Positions 27,267 through 36,226 of a stretch of 51,952 bases of DNA are shown piece after piece (the first letter of the stretch is position 1; each line of letters begins with the position of its first letter). This DNA comes from Candidatus Hermodarchaeota archaeon (GTDB lineage: Archaea; Asgardarchaeota; Lokiarchaeia; Sigyniarchaeales; SOKP01): assembly GCA_048885925.1 (NCBI GenBank), contig JBHLLG010000018.1, positions 1 through 51,952 of the forward strand. The letters run 5' to 3'. The translations under genes were made by a program, and so were the position numbers. The notes beneath the pieces are model-generated. The model did not search any database. It was not told the origin of the DNA and was given only the letters and a program-made list of their open reading frames with translations.

Positions 27267-28502
27267 ATGAATTCAAATATTAAATTTGAATATTATCCCG
27301 TAGTAAACCAATCCATTATAAAAGACTCAATAAATACAATTGTTGCTAATAAAGATAATTGGGATGCTCCTTTTTTCATCGATACTAAGACTTATCTAAA
27401 TATTGATAAGATTCAAAAAACAGTAGATCAATATTTAACAGATAGGCTTAAAAACATTATTGTTTTAGGAACAGGAGGATCAATTCAAACTCTACTTGCC
27501 TTAAAACACTTAGCACAGAGAAAAATTTTTCCTGTGACTAGTTCAAGATCGGTAGAATTAAAAGGATGTTTAGATAAAACGTCTCCAGAAAATTCTATTG
27601 TAATACCAATTTCAAGAGGAGGAGAGACATTAGATATTAATTCAACAATTGGTGTTTTTTTAAAAAAGGAGTATAAATTTTTGGGTCTTTCTTCAATGGG
27701 AACTATGTATAATATTTTAAAAAAATTAGATTATCCTATTTTAGACGTACCAGATCTTTCTGGACGTTACGCTGGTTCTGTCACAAATGTGGGAATTGTT
27801 CCTGCTTATATGGCTGGTATTGATGTGAAAGAATTCTTAAAAGGATTGGATCAATCCTATCAAATATTTTCAAAATATGAACATCAATCTGCTATAGAAT
27901 TTGCATCTTATCTTTTCTCTTTATATAAAAAGGGATATAGAGTAGTTTTTTCAATGCCATATTCAAAAAATATTGAGGGAAGTGTTGGATTATGGGTGCA
28001 GGCTATATCTGAAAGCACTGGAAAAGATAATAAGGGAATGATGGGTACTTATCAGCCTGCTCCCGTTTGCCAACATTCTACTTTAGAATTCTTATTAGGG
28101 GGAACTAAAGGAATAGTTATCCCTGTTTTGTGGACAGTTAGTAATGAGAAACCTGGAATTATATTGAACTCTTCAATCGATTATATTGATGGAAAAGGTG
28201 CTCAAAACATTGTCAATTATCAAGCTAATGCTACATTTCAAGCATTAATTCAAGAAAGAATCCCAGCAGCTCAAATATCAATTCAGGATCCAACAGAAAT
28301 TAACATTGGATACACTATTGCATTTATACTATCATCAGTATATTATCTTTGTTTATTATTTAATGTAAATTGGGCAGCGAATCCAAAAGTCATTATTGGG
28401 AAAAAAATATGCAATGAAGCTCTATTAAAAAATATTTCCCCAGAACAAGGAGAGAATATCAGAAAAGAAATTGCTAAAGAGAAATTTAAAAATTTTTACT
28501 AA
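27267..28502 (+). CDS. pgi: Glucose-6-phosphate isomerase-like protein (PGI superfamily, divergent)
   Basis: LGTGGS, SRGGET, SGRY (Arg), QAISESTGK (Glu), QHS (His), IGKK (Lys). Confidence 0.7.
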   Translation: MNSNIKFEYYPVVNQSIIKDSINTIVANKDNWDAPFFIDTKTYLNIDKIQKTVDQYLTDRLKNIIVLGTGGSIQTLLALKHLAQRKIFPVTSSRSVELKGCLDKTSPENSIVIPISRGGETLDINSTIGVFLKKEYKFLGLSSMGTMYNILKKLDYPILDVPDLSGRYAGSVTNVGIVPAYMAGIDVKEFLKGLDQSYQIFSKYEHQSAIEFASYLFSLYKKGYRVVFSMPYSKNIEGSVGLWVQAISESTGKDNKGMMGTYQPAPVCQHSTLEFLLGGTKGIVIPVLWTVSNEKPGIILNSSIDYIDGKGAQNIVNYQANATFQALIQERIPAAQISIQDPTEINIGYTIAFILSSVYYLCLLFNVNWAANPKVIIGKKICNEALLKNISPEQGENIRKEIAKEKFKNFY

Positions 28503-28532
28503 TCTAATTTATTATTCTAAAAATTTTTTTTC

Positions 28533-29966
28533 TTATTGAATGAATGCATTATATAGTATATTAATTGCTTTTTTACAATTTTTTCTTTCGATTATAGCTG
28601 TAAAGTTTAACTCTGAAGATCCTTGAGCTATAGCTAAGATGTTTATATCATTGTCACCAAGTGTAGTAAATACTTTACCAGCGATTCCAGGAGTATGAAG
28701 CACACCTGCACCAATAACTGCTACTAGAGAAATCTCATTGTTTATTTTAATACGGAACCACTTTTTTCCAAAAAATTCTGAATTTCTTAGAAGAAAACTT
28801 ACTTTTTTTGAATCTTTAAAGTCTATACCAAAAGTTAAATTATTTTCTGAAGAACTTTGTGAAATGAAAACAATATTAATTTTATTATCTCCCAAAAGTG
28901 AAAAAAGCTTAGAGGCAGTTCCGGGTAAAGGAACCATTGTATCACTTTCGATTGTGACCATAGAGAGTTTATATATAGATGTTATTGCTTTTATTATTTT
29001 TCCGTTATTAATAATTTCTTTAGTTACAGATGTAAATTCGTTTGACATTGGATCATTAAAGTCTCTAATCTCTGATGCAATATTTCCTTTTTCACTTACA
29101 TCAAGGCATAGGGGATGTAATACTTTTGATCCAAAGAAAGCTAGTTCTTTTGCTTCTACATATGAAATAGATCTTAAAAGAGAAGTTTTTTCAGCAACTC
29201 TTGGATCCGCATCTAAAAATCCTTTAACATCTTTCCAATAAATTACTTTGCAATTAAAGGAAGATTGTAGGGAATATCCAAGTACAGCAGCAGTTAAATC
29301 ACTTCCCCCTCTGCCAAGAGTAGTTATTTTTTTATCGCTCTTTGTTGCTCCAAAGAAACCTGTAATACAAATAACTTGATTACTATTTCCTTTTATCAAT
29401 GGTATTAACTTTTCATTAATAGCAATTTTACAATCCTCTAATAATGGCATAGCATTTCCAAAATTATCATCAGTAATAATTAATTGGTGAGATAATATAA
29501 AATCAGCTTTAATACCAATCGAATTTAAATATTGAGTTAATATAAAGGTACTAAGTTTTTCTCCATAGGAAATAATTAGATCTTGGATATCGACACTGGG
29601 TCGAATTAATTGGATTACTTTTCCTAATTGTGTTAATTCCTCAAAATTTTTTCTCAAATAATCTAATGCTTTCCCATACTCCTCTTTATTTGAATTAAGT
29701 GTTTGATTAACTATTTTCTTATGAATCGTATTAATTTCTGAAAGAATCTGTTCGCAATTTTCGTTTTCACTACAAGATTTTTCATAAAATTCAAGAAGTT
29801 TATCAGTTATTCCTTTGATAGCAGAAATAACAACGATTATTTTTGATTTTTTTATGTAAAATTTTATAATTTTAGTTGTTTGTTCAAACATTTTGGCATC
29901 TTGAAGGCATGAGCCTCCAAACTTCATAATAACTAGATCTTTATTTTTTGGAATCAAATTAATCAA
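28533..29966 (-). CDS. lysC: Aspartate kinase with two ACT domains
   Basis: MKFGGS, SYGEKLS, TTLGRGGSD, ADPR, EAKELAFFGSKVLHP, SQSSSE and AQGSSE ACT motifs; exact start uncertain. Confidence 0.92.
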   Translation of the reverse strand: MINLIPKNKDLVIMKFGGSCLQDAKMFEQTTKIIKFYIKKSKIIVVISAIKGITDKLLEFYEKSCSENENCEQILSEINTIHKKIVNQTLNSNKEEYGKALDYLRKNFEELTQLGKVIQLIRPSVDIQDLIISYGEKLSTFILTQYLNSIGIKADFILSHQLIITDDNFGNAMPLLEDCKIAINEKLIPLIKGNSNQVICITGFFGATKSDKKITTLGRGGSDLTAAVLGYSLQSSFNCKVIYWKDVKGFLDADPRVAEKTSLLRSISYVEAKELAFFGSKVLHPLCLDVSEKGNIASEIRDFNDPMSNEFTSVTKEIINNGKIIKAITSIYKLSMVTIESDTMVPLPGTASKLFSLLGDNKINIVFISQSSSENNLTFGIDFKDSKKVSFLLRNSEFFGKKWFRIKINNEISLVAVIGAGVLHTPGIAGKVFTTLGDNDINILAIAQGSSELNFTAIIERKNCKKAINILYNAFIQ

Positions 29967-30177
29967 TGGATTGACTAAACAAGTTATTTGTTTTTTTAAA
30001 GAATTAGAAAGTATATTAACACTTAAATGTTAATTTTAAAAATTTAATAAATCAAATTATTATTATTTTTAGAGTTTGTTTATATATTATTTAGTGATAA
30101 AAAATACAATAAAAAGAAATATTCATTATGTTATGTTCATATAATTTCAAGTAAGAACTTGATCAAAGGTTTTTTAT

Positions 30178-31098
30178 GTGGAAAACGATAAGAAAAAAAA
30201 GATAATCGAATCAGTCCCAAACTACAGCGAAGGAACAGATAGTGAAAAACTTGAACAAATTGTTTCTAAAATTAGAAATACTCCAAATACCCGTATTGTA
30301 GATGTTCAATATGATTCTAACTACAATAGGGCGGTAGTTACTTTTGTTGGGACTCCTGAAGCTGTTTTAACTGCAAATATTGATGCCGCAAAAAAAGCTA
30401 TTGAATTAATTGATATGAATATACACAAAGGTCAACATCCTCGAATAGGAGCTGTTGATGTAGTCCCATTTGTTCCTGCCCAAAATGTAACCATAGAAGA
30501 GTGTATAGATCTATCAATAAAATTTTCGGAAGCAATGGCAAAAGAAGGGGTACCCATTTATCTCTATGAAGAGTCTGCTAGGAAAATGGAGCGAAAGAAT
30601 ATTGATAACATACGAAAAGGTGAATATGAAAAATTAAAAGAAAAGATTAAAACTGATCCTGAACGAAAACCTGATTATGGACCATCGGAATTCCATCCTA
30701 CTGCTGGTGCAATAATAACTGGAGCAAGATACCCATTAATTAGTTTTAATATCAATTTAGGTACAAACGATATTAGAATTGCTAAAAAAGTTGCGAAAGC
30801 TATACATTTAAAATCAGGTGGGCTCGTAAATATTAAAGCGATGGGAACAGAAATAAAGAATCAAGATTATGTACAAGTTGGGATTTCAAATATTAATTAT
30901 CAGAAAACTCCACTATACAGACAAATGGAACTAGTAAGGATTGAAGCTGCTCGTTTTGGTGTTTCTGTAATAGGGTCAGAATTAGTAGGAGTATTACCGC
31001 TAGATGCCGTTCTGAATTCATTAGAATATTATTTACAACTTGAAAAACCAGATAAACTAGAAGAAAAACATTTGCTAGAGTATTATTTCGATTTTTAA
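30178..31098 (+). CDS. ftcd: Glutamate formiminotransferase (FT domain only)
   Basis: IESVPNYSEG, NRAVVT, HKGQHPRIGAVDVVPFVP, IRKGEYE, PDYGP, GAR. Confidence 0.92.
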   Translation: MENDKKKKIIESVPNYSEGTDSEKLEQIVSKIRNTPNTRIVDVQYDSNYNRAVVTFVGTPEAVLTANIDAAKKAIELIDMNIHKGQHPRIGAVDVVPFVPAQNVTIEECIDLSIKFSEAMAKEGVPIYLYEESARKMERKNIDNIRKGEYEKLKEKIKTDPERKPDYGPSEFHPTAGAIITGARYPLISFNINLGTNDIRIAKKVAKAIHLKSGGLVNIKAMGTEIKNQDYVQVGISNINYQKTPLYRQMELVRIEAARFGVSVIGSELVGVLPLDAVLNSLEYYLQLEKPDKLEEKHLLEYYFDF

Positions 31099-31102
31099 GA
31101 AT

Positions 31103-32419
31103 TCAAGATGTTGAATCATGATTAACTACGATAATCCCATTTTTTATAACCTTTGAAACTAAATTTACTCCAAAATGATAAGGTAAGAATTCATGGTTTG
31201 GCACATTAAAAATTATTAAGTCAGCTTTTTTTCCAATTTCAAGACTTCCAATTTCATCTTGTTTTTGAATTGCACAAGCTCCATTGATTGTCGCAGCTGT
31301 GAGAGCTTCTGCTGGTGAGAGTTTCATATTATAACATGCTAATGTAATAATCATCTGCATTGATTCCGTCCAACAATTAGGATTTAGATCTGTTGCTAAA
31401 GCTATCGGTAATTCCATTTCAATCATTTTTCTTGCAGGAGCGTAATCTTTCAACATTAAGCAAAAAGGAGTTCCCGGTAAAAGAGTCGCTATAGTGCCAG
31501 ATTTTATCATAGCATTTAAACCTTTATCATTAGATTTTAGTAAATGACTAGCTTGAATTACTCTTAACTCTGAAGCTAATAAGGCACCATTAGTATCTTC
31601 AATTTCATCTATATGGATTTGAGGTTTTAAACCGTATCTAATTGCAGTTTTTAATATTTTGCGTGTTTGTTTAATTGTAAAGATTCCTTTTTCGCAGAAT
31701 ACATCGCAAAATTCAGCTAAACCTTCTTTCACAACTTTAGGAATCATATCCGAAATAATTAAGTCAACGTATTTATCTGGATTCTCTTGATATTCTGGGG
31801 GAATAGCATGTGCTCCTAAGAATGTTGGGATTAGATCTAATGGATGTTCTTCTTTTAAGATTTGTATTGCTTTTAATTGTTTAATTTCACTTTCCGTAGT
31901 TAAACCGTACCCAGATTTTATTTCGACGGTAGTGGTTCCATAAGACATCATCCTATCCAAGATATTCTTTCCATTTTCAACTAATTTTTCTAATGATGCT
32001 CTTCTAGTATAATTAACTGTCTTTAAAATTCCTCCTCCTGAATTTAAAATATCCATATATGTTTTTCCAGCAAGTTTCATTGAGAAATCGGTTTCACGTG
32101 TACCATCAAAAATAAGGTGAGTATGCGGATCAACGAATCCAGGTGTTACAAGTTTATTTGTGGCATCTAATTTGATTGGAATTTTTCCAAATTCAAATTT
32201 TGATATTAATTCTGCCGTAGTACCGATAAATACAATTCTATCCTCTTTAACTGCTATTGCCCCATCATTAATAATTGCTAACTCAGACATATTTTTACCA
32301 ATTCTTGGGGCTCCTAATTTAGTATTCATGGTAACTAATTCATTTATATGAAACACAACAAGATCAGGCTCAATATCAGAGAAAATTTCTTTTTTTAAAT
32401 ATGTTGATGCTACAAACAA
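31103..32419 (-). CDS. hutI: Imidazolonepropionase
   Basis: PGFVDPHTH, GGGIL, GTTTVEIKSGYGL, TFLGAHAIP, CDVFCEKG, ALATDLNP. Confidence 0.95.
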   Translation of the reverse strand: MFVASTYLKKEIFSDIEPDLVVFHINELVTMNTKLGAPRIGKNMSELAIINDGAIAVKEDRIVFIGTTAELISKFEFGKIPIKLDATNKLVTPGFVDPHTHLIFDGTRETDFSMKLAGKTYMDILNSGGGILKTVNYTRRASLEKLVENGKNILDRMMSYGTTTVEIKSGYGLTTESEIKQLKAIQILKEEHPLDLIPTFLGAHAIPPEYQENPDKYVDLIISDMIPKVVKEGLAEFCDVFCEKGIFTIKQTRKILKTAIRYGLKPQIHIDEIEDTNGALLASELRVIQASHLLKSNDKGLNAMIKSGTIATLLPGTPFCLMLKDYAPARKMIEMELPIALATDLNPNCWTESMQMIITLACYNMKLSPAEALTAATINGACAIQKQDEIGSLEIGKKADLIIFNVPNHEFLPYHFGVNLVSKVIKNGIIVVNHDSTS

Positions 32420-32425
32420 ATTAAT

Positions 32426-33946
32426 TTACCTCAAAAATTCTTGAGTGATATTTAATAATTTATTACTTCTTATAATTTCTATTGCTGAATCAATATATTC
32501 CGAAAGAATTGTATCTTCATTTATATGGGGAATCCTCTCCCGGATATATTTATAACATGCTTCTAACGTGTTGCTAGATTTTAGAGGTCTTCTATAATCA
32601 AATGCTTGTGTTGAGCATAAAAGTTCAATTGCTAAAATTTTTTCAAGGTTGCATATGATTTTAAGAGCTTTTCTAGCACTTATAGGACCCATACTTACAT
32701 GGTCTTCTTGTCCTCCACCTGTGGGTATACTATCTACACTTGCTGGAAAACAAAGAGATTTATTCTCACTAACTAAAGCAGCTGAAGTATACTGAGTCAT
32801 CATAAATCCTGAATTTAATCCTGCATTTTCAATTAGATATAATGGTAAACCCCATTTACCTTCTAATAATAAAAATATACGACGATCAGAAATATTTCCA
32901 AGTTCAGAAGCAGCCATGCTAACATAATCTATAGGTAAAGCTAACGGTTGACCATGAAAATTGCCACCGCTATAAGTTTCATTTTCATTAAAAACAATAG
33001 GATTATCAGTGACGGAATTTATTTCACAATCTACTTTTTTTTTTAAATGAGTTAGGGCATCTCGAGATGCACCATGAACTTGTGGAATACATCGAATAGA
33101 ATATGGATCTTGTACTCTTCCACAGTTTTTATGGGATTCTACTAATTGAGAATCTTCTAAAAACTTCCTCATTCTTTTAGCTACAATTACAGCACCTTCG
33201 TGGGGTCTTAAATTGATAAGTTTTTCTGCAAATGGTTGAGGAGATCCTAGATAACCTTCTAATGTTAAAGCTCCAATCAGATCAGCATGATCAAGACAAT
33301 TGGAAAAGTTTTCAATAATTTTTATAGCACAAGCAGCCATAAATTGTGTTCCATTAATTAATGCTACTCCCTCTTTTGCTTGTAAATTTAGTGGTTTCAA
33401 ATCGTGTTCTTCAAGAATTTTCTCTGTTGGAATGAATTCACTGCCATTTTTCGATAAAAATCCTAATCCAATCAAAGGAAGGAATAAATGAGCCAAAGGT
33501 GATAAATCTCCTGAAGCTCCTACTGAACCTTGCTCAGGAACTAATGGAATAATATCGTTATCAATATGCCAACATATTCGTTCTACTACGTTCAAAGATA
33601 CTCCAGAATTACCCATAGATAATGCTTGTACCTTCAAGATCATCATTAACTTAGCAATTTCAAGATCAACTGGAGAACCTACTCCAACACTATGACTCTT
33701 AAGAAGATTTTCTTGTAATTTTCCAGTTTCCTCTTTTGAAATTCTGGTAGTGCAAAGAGATGCAAATCCTGTATTTATACTATATACTAATTTTTCTCCT
33801 TTAGCTATTGATTGTACGATATTATAATTTTTAACAATTTGCTGTTTTACCTCATCATTTAAAACCGCTTTTAGATGACCTCTTGAGATTTTTAAAGCAA
33901 TATCTGGGGTCAAATGATCAATTCCATATTTAAATTTATCATTCAT
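32426..33946 (-). CDS. hutH: Histidine ammonia-lyase
   Basis: MIO-forming GSVGASGDL, KEGVALINGTQ, QDPYSIRCIPQVHGA, GGNFHGQP, QEDHVSMG; ATG 33946 preferred over TTG 33997. Confidence 0.95.
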   Translation of the reverse strand: MNDKFKYGIDHLTPDIALKISRGHLKAVLNDEVKQQIVKNYNIVQSIAKGEKLVYSINTGFASLCTTRISKEETGKLQENLLKSHSVGVGSPVDLEIAKLMMILKVQALSMGNSGVSLNVVERICWHIDNDIIPLVPEQGSVGASGDLSPLAHLFLPLIGLGFLSKNGSEFIPTEKILEEHDLKPLNLQAKEGVALINGTQFMAACAIKIIENFSNCLDHADLIGALTLEGYLGSPQPFAEKLINLRPHEGAVIVAKRMRKFLEDSQLVESHKNCGRVQDPYSIRCIPQVHGASRDALTHLKKKVDCEINSVTDNPIVFNENETYSGGNFHGQPLALPIDYVSMAASELGNISDRRIFLLLEGKWGLPLYLIENAGLNSGFMMTQYTSAALVSENKSLCFPASVDSIPTGGGQEDHVSMGPISARKALKIICNLEKILAIELLCSTQAFDYRRPLKSSNTLEACYKYIRERIPHINEDTILSEYIDSAIEIIRSNKLLNITQEFLR

Positions 33947-34035
33947 TTTAATTCTATATTTTATTATTAAATAGATCAAAATGTTGATATATTCCAAAAT
34001 TAAAATTTTTTAAATAATTTAAATCGATATGTTTT

Positions 34036-36057
34036 TCATGTGAGCTTTTTTAAGTATTTATCTACAATATCTTCTAAGAGTTTATCTTTTGCAATAAAGG
34101 GTAATGTTATATGACCTCTCTCTTCATTTTTGATATTCCAATTGTAAGCCGTCTCAAAAGCATTAGGATTTCTAGCCCAACTTCTTCTAGCTATACCTCC
34201 CATAACATCCCATTCAATTGCATTTTTGATAACATTATCAATCCTTTCAGATCCATCTAAAACTAATCCAAAACCCCCATTAAAACATTTTCCAATACCA
34301 ACACCACCTCCATTAGAAAGAACTACATATGTCATACCTCTAACAGCATTTCCAGTAAAACAATGAACCGCCATTTCTGCCATTACATTACTTCCGTCTC
34401 TAATATTGGATGTTTCTCTAAATGGTGAATCTGTTCCAGAAACATCATGGTGATCTCTTCCTAACATGATTGGTCCTATTTCTCCTTTTCTTACTAAAGC
34501 ATTAAATTTAAGAGCAATATTTTTGCGTTCTAAAGCATCGGCGTACAAAATTCTTGCTTTAGTTCCAACGACTAGTCTATTTTTTTTAGCATCTCGAATC
34601 CAATAATAATTATCCCTATCTTGAGCTCTTTTTTCAGGGTTAATATAACTCATTGCTGCTTGATCAGTTTTATCTAAATCTTCTTCTTTGCCTGAAAGGC
34701 ATACCCATCTAAATGGTCCATATCCATAATCAAAACAAATTGGACCCATTATATCTTCTACATAAGATGGAAAAATAAACCCTTCTGATGGATCTATTCC
34801 ATTTTTAGCAATATCTATAACACCAGCGTCAAATACAGCTTTCATAAAGGAATTCCCATAATCCCAAAAATGCATTCCTCTCTCTGCCATTATTTTAATA
34901 AACCTGAATTGGTCTTTTAAAGAATCATCAATAAGTTGTTTAAATCTCTCAATATTGGTATTAATTAAATCTCTACCTTCTTTAAAAGATATTTGGTAAG
35001 GTGTATATCCACCTTCATAAACAGCATGACAAGATGTTTGATCTGAAGCAAGTTCTACTTTAATATTTTTCTCAACAACATATTTCCATAAATTAACAAC
35101 ATTTCCATGATATGCAATTGATAAAGGTCTTAATGTTTTTCTTGCATCTTCAACCCATTCAAATATTTCATCTAAATCATCTGAGATCCGAGAAACCCAT
35201 CCTTGTTCATGTCGAGTCTTTATTCTAGATTCATCAACTTCTGCTATAACACCAATCCCTCCAGCTATTTCTATTGCTTTAGCTTGTGCTCCACTCATCC
35301 CGCCTAACCCAGATGATAAATACAATTTACCTCTTAAGTCTTTATCTTGATGTATATTTAAATATAACCTTCCTGCATTTAATAAAGTAATATAAGTACC
35401 ATGAACAATACCTTGAGGTCCAATATACATCCATCCGCCAGCTGTCATTTGACCGTAGTTAGCAACACCTAAAGCTGTAGCTAAAGAAAAATCATCAGGA
35501 TTATCAAACATTCCCACCATTAAACCGTTTGTAGAAATTACTCTTGGAGCATTAGAAGAAGTTGGAAAAAGTCCCACTGGGTGTCCAGAAGCGATAACAA
35601 GTGTCTGAGTTTCAGTTAACAGTTCAAGATATTTTTTCACAAGACGATATTGCATCCAATTTTGAAAAACTTGACCGCTTTCACCATATGTTGTTAATTC
35701 ATATGGATATAACGCCACATCAAAATCGAGATTGTTGTCGATCATAACTTGTAAAGCTTTTCCCTCAAGAGTATTTCCTTTATATTCATCTATGGGTTTT
35801 GCTTTAATATTCCCTTTAGGTCTATAACGATATCCATAAATTCTTCCTCTTTTAATTAGTTCATCCAAGAATTCTGCTACCAATTTTTCATGTAACTCTG
35901 AAGGAATATATCTAAGAGCATTTTTTAAAGCTAATTTTGTTTGAGTGGGATTTAGATTATATCCTCTAGATGGTGCTCGCCTTATACCCTCAATAAATCT
36001 AGGATGTATTGGTAGTTCATTAGATAATTTGATTCTCATTGCTTGTGAAATATCCAT
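34036..36057 (-). CDS. hutU: Urocanate hydratase, long (~670 aa) form
   Basis: GQMTAGGWMYIGPQGIVHGT, SGLGGMSGAQ, SDQTSCH, GRDHHDVSGTDSPFRET; GGAG SD favours ATG 36057. Confidence 0.95.
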   Translation of the reverse strand: MDISQAMRIKLSNELPIHPRFIEGIRRAPSRGYNLNPTQTKLALKNALRYIPSELHEKLVAEFLDELIKRGRIYGYRYRPKGNIKAKPIDEYKGNTLEGKALQVMIDNNLDFDVALYPYELTTYGESGQVFQNWMQYRLVKKYLELLTETQTLVIASGHPVGLFPTSSNAPRVISTNGLMVGMFDNPDDFSLATALGVANYGQMTAGGWMYIGPQGIVHGTYITLLNAGRLYLNIHQDKDLRGKLYLSSGLGGMSGAQAKAIEIAGGIGVIAEVDESRIKTRHEQGWVSRISDDLDEIFEWVEDARKTLRPLSIAYHGNVVNLWKYVVEKNIKVELASDQTSCHAVYEGGYTPYQISFKEGRDLINTNIERFKQLIDDSLKDQFRFIKIMAERGMHFWDYGNSFMKAVFDAGVIDIAKNGIDPSEGFIFPSYVEDIMGPICFDYGYGPFRWVCLSGKEEDLDKTDQAAMSYINPEKRAQDRDNYYWIRDAKKNRLVVGTKARILYADALERKNIALKFNALVRKGEIGPIMLGRDHHDVSGTDSPFRETSNIRDGSNVMAEMAVHCFTGNAVRGMTYVVLSNGGGVGIGKCFNGGFGLVLDGSERIDNVIKNAIEWDVMGGIARRSWARNPNAFETAYNWNIKNEERGHITLPFIAKDKLLEDIVDKYLKKLT

Positions 36058-36226
36058 ATTTTTAACTAACTCCAATTAATATTTAAGTTATATTATTTAT
36101 AGCGTATAAATAAATTATGTGAATAATATTTCAATTAAATTACTTTTTCAGAAAGAGAAGATTAGAAACTTATAACAAATTGTAAAAAAATATTTGAAAA
36201 ATTGAAATCATTTTTTGAGTTAAAAC

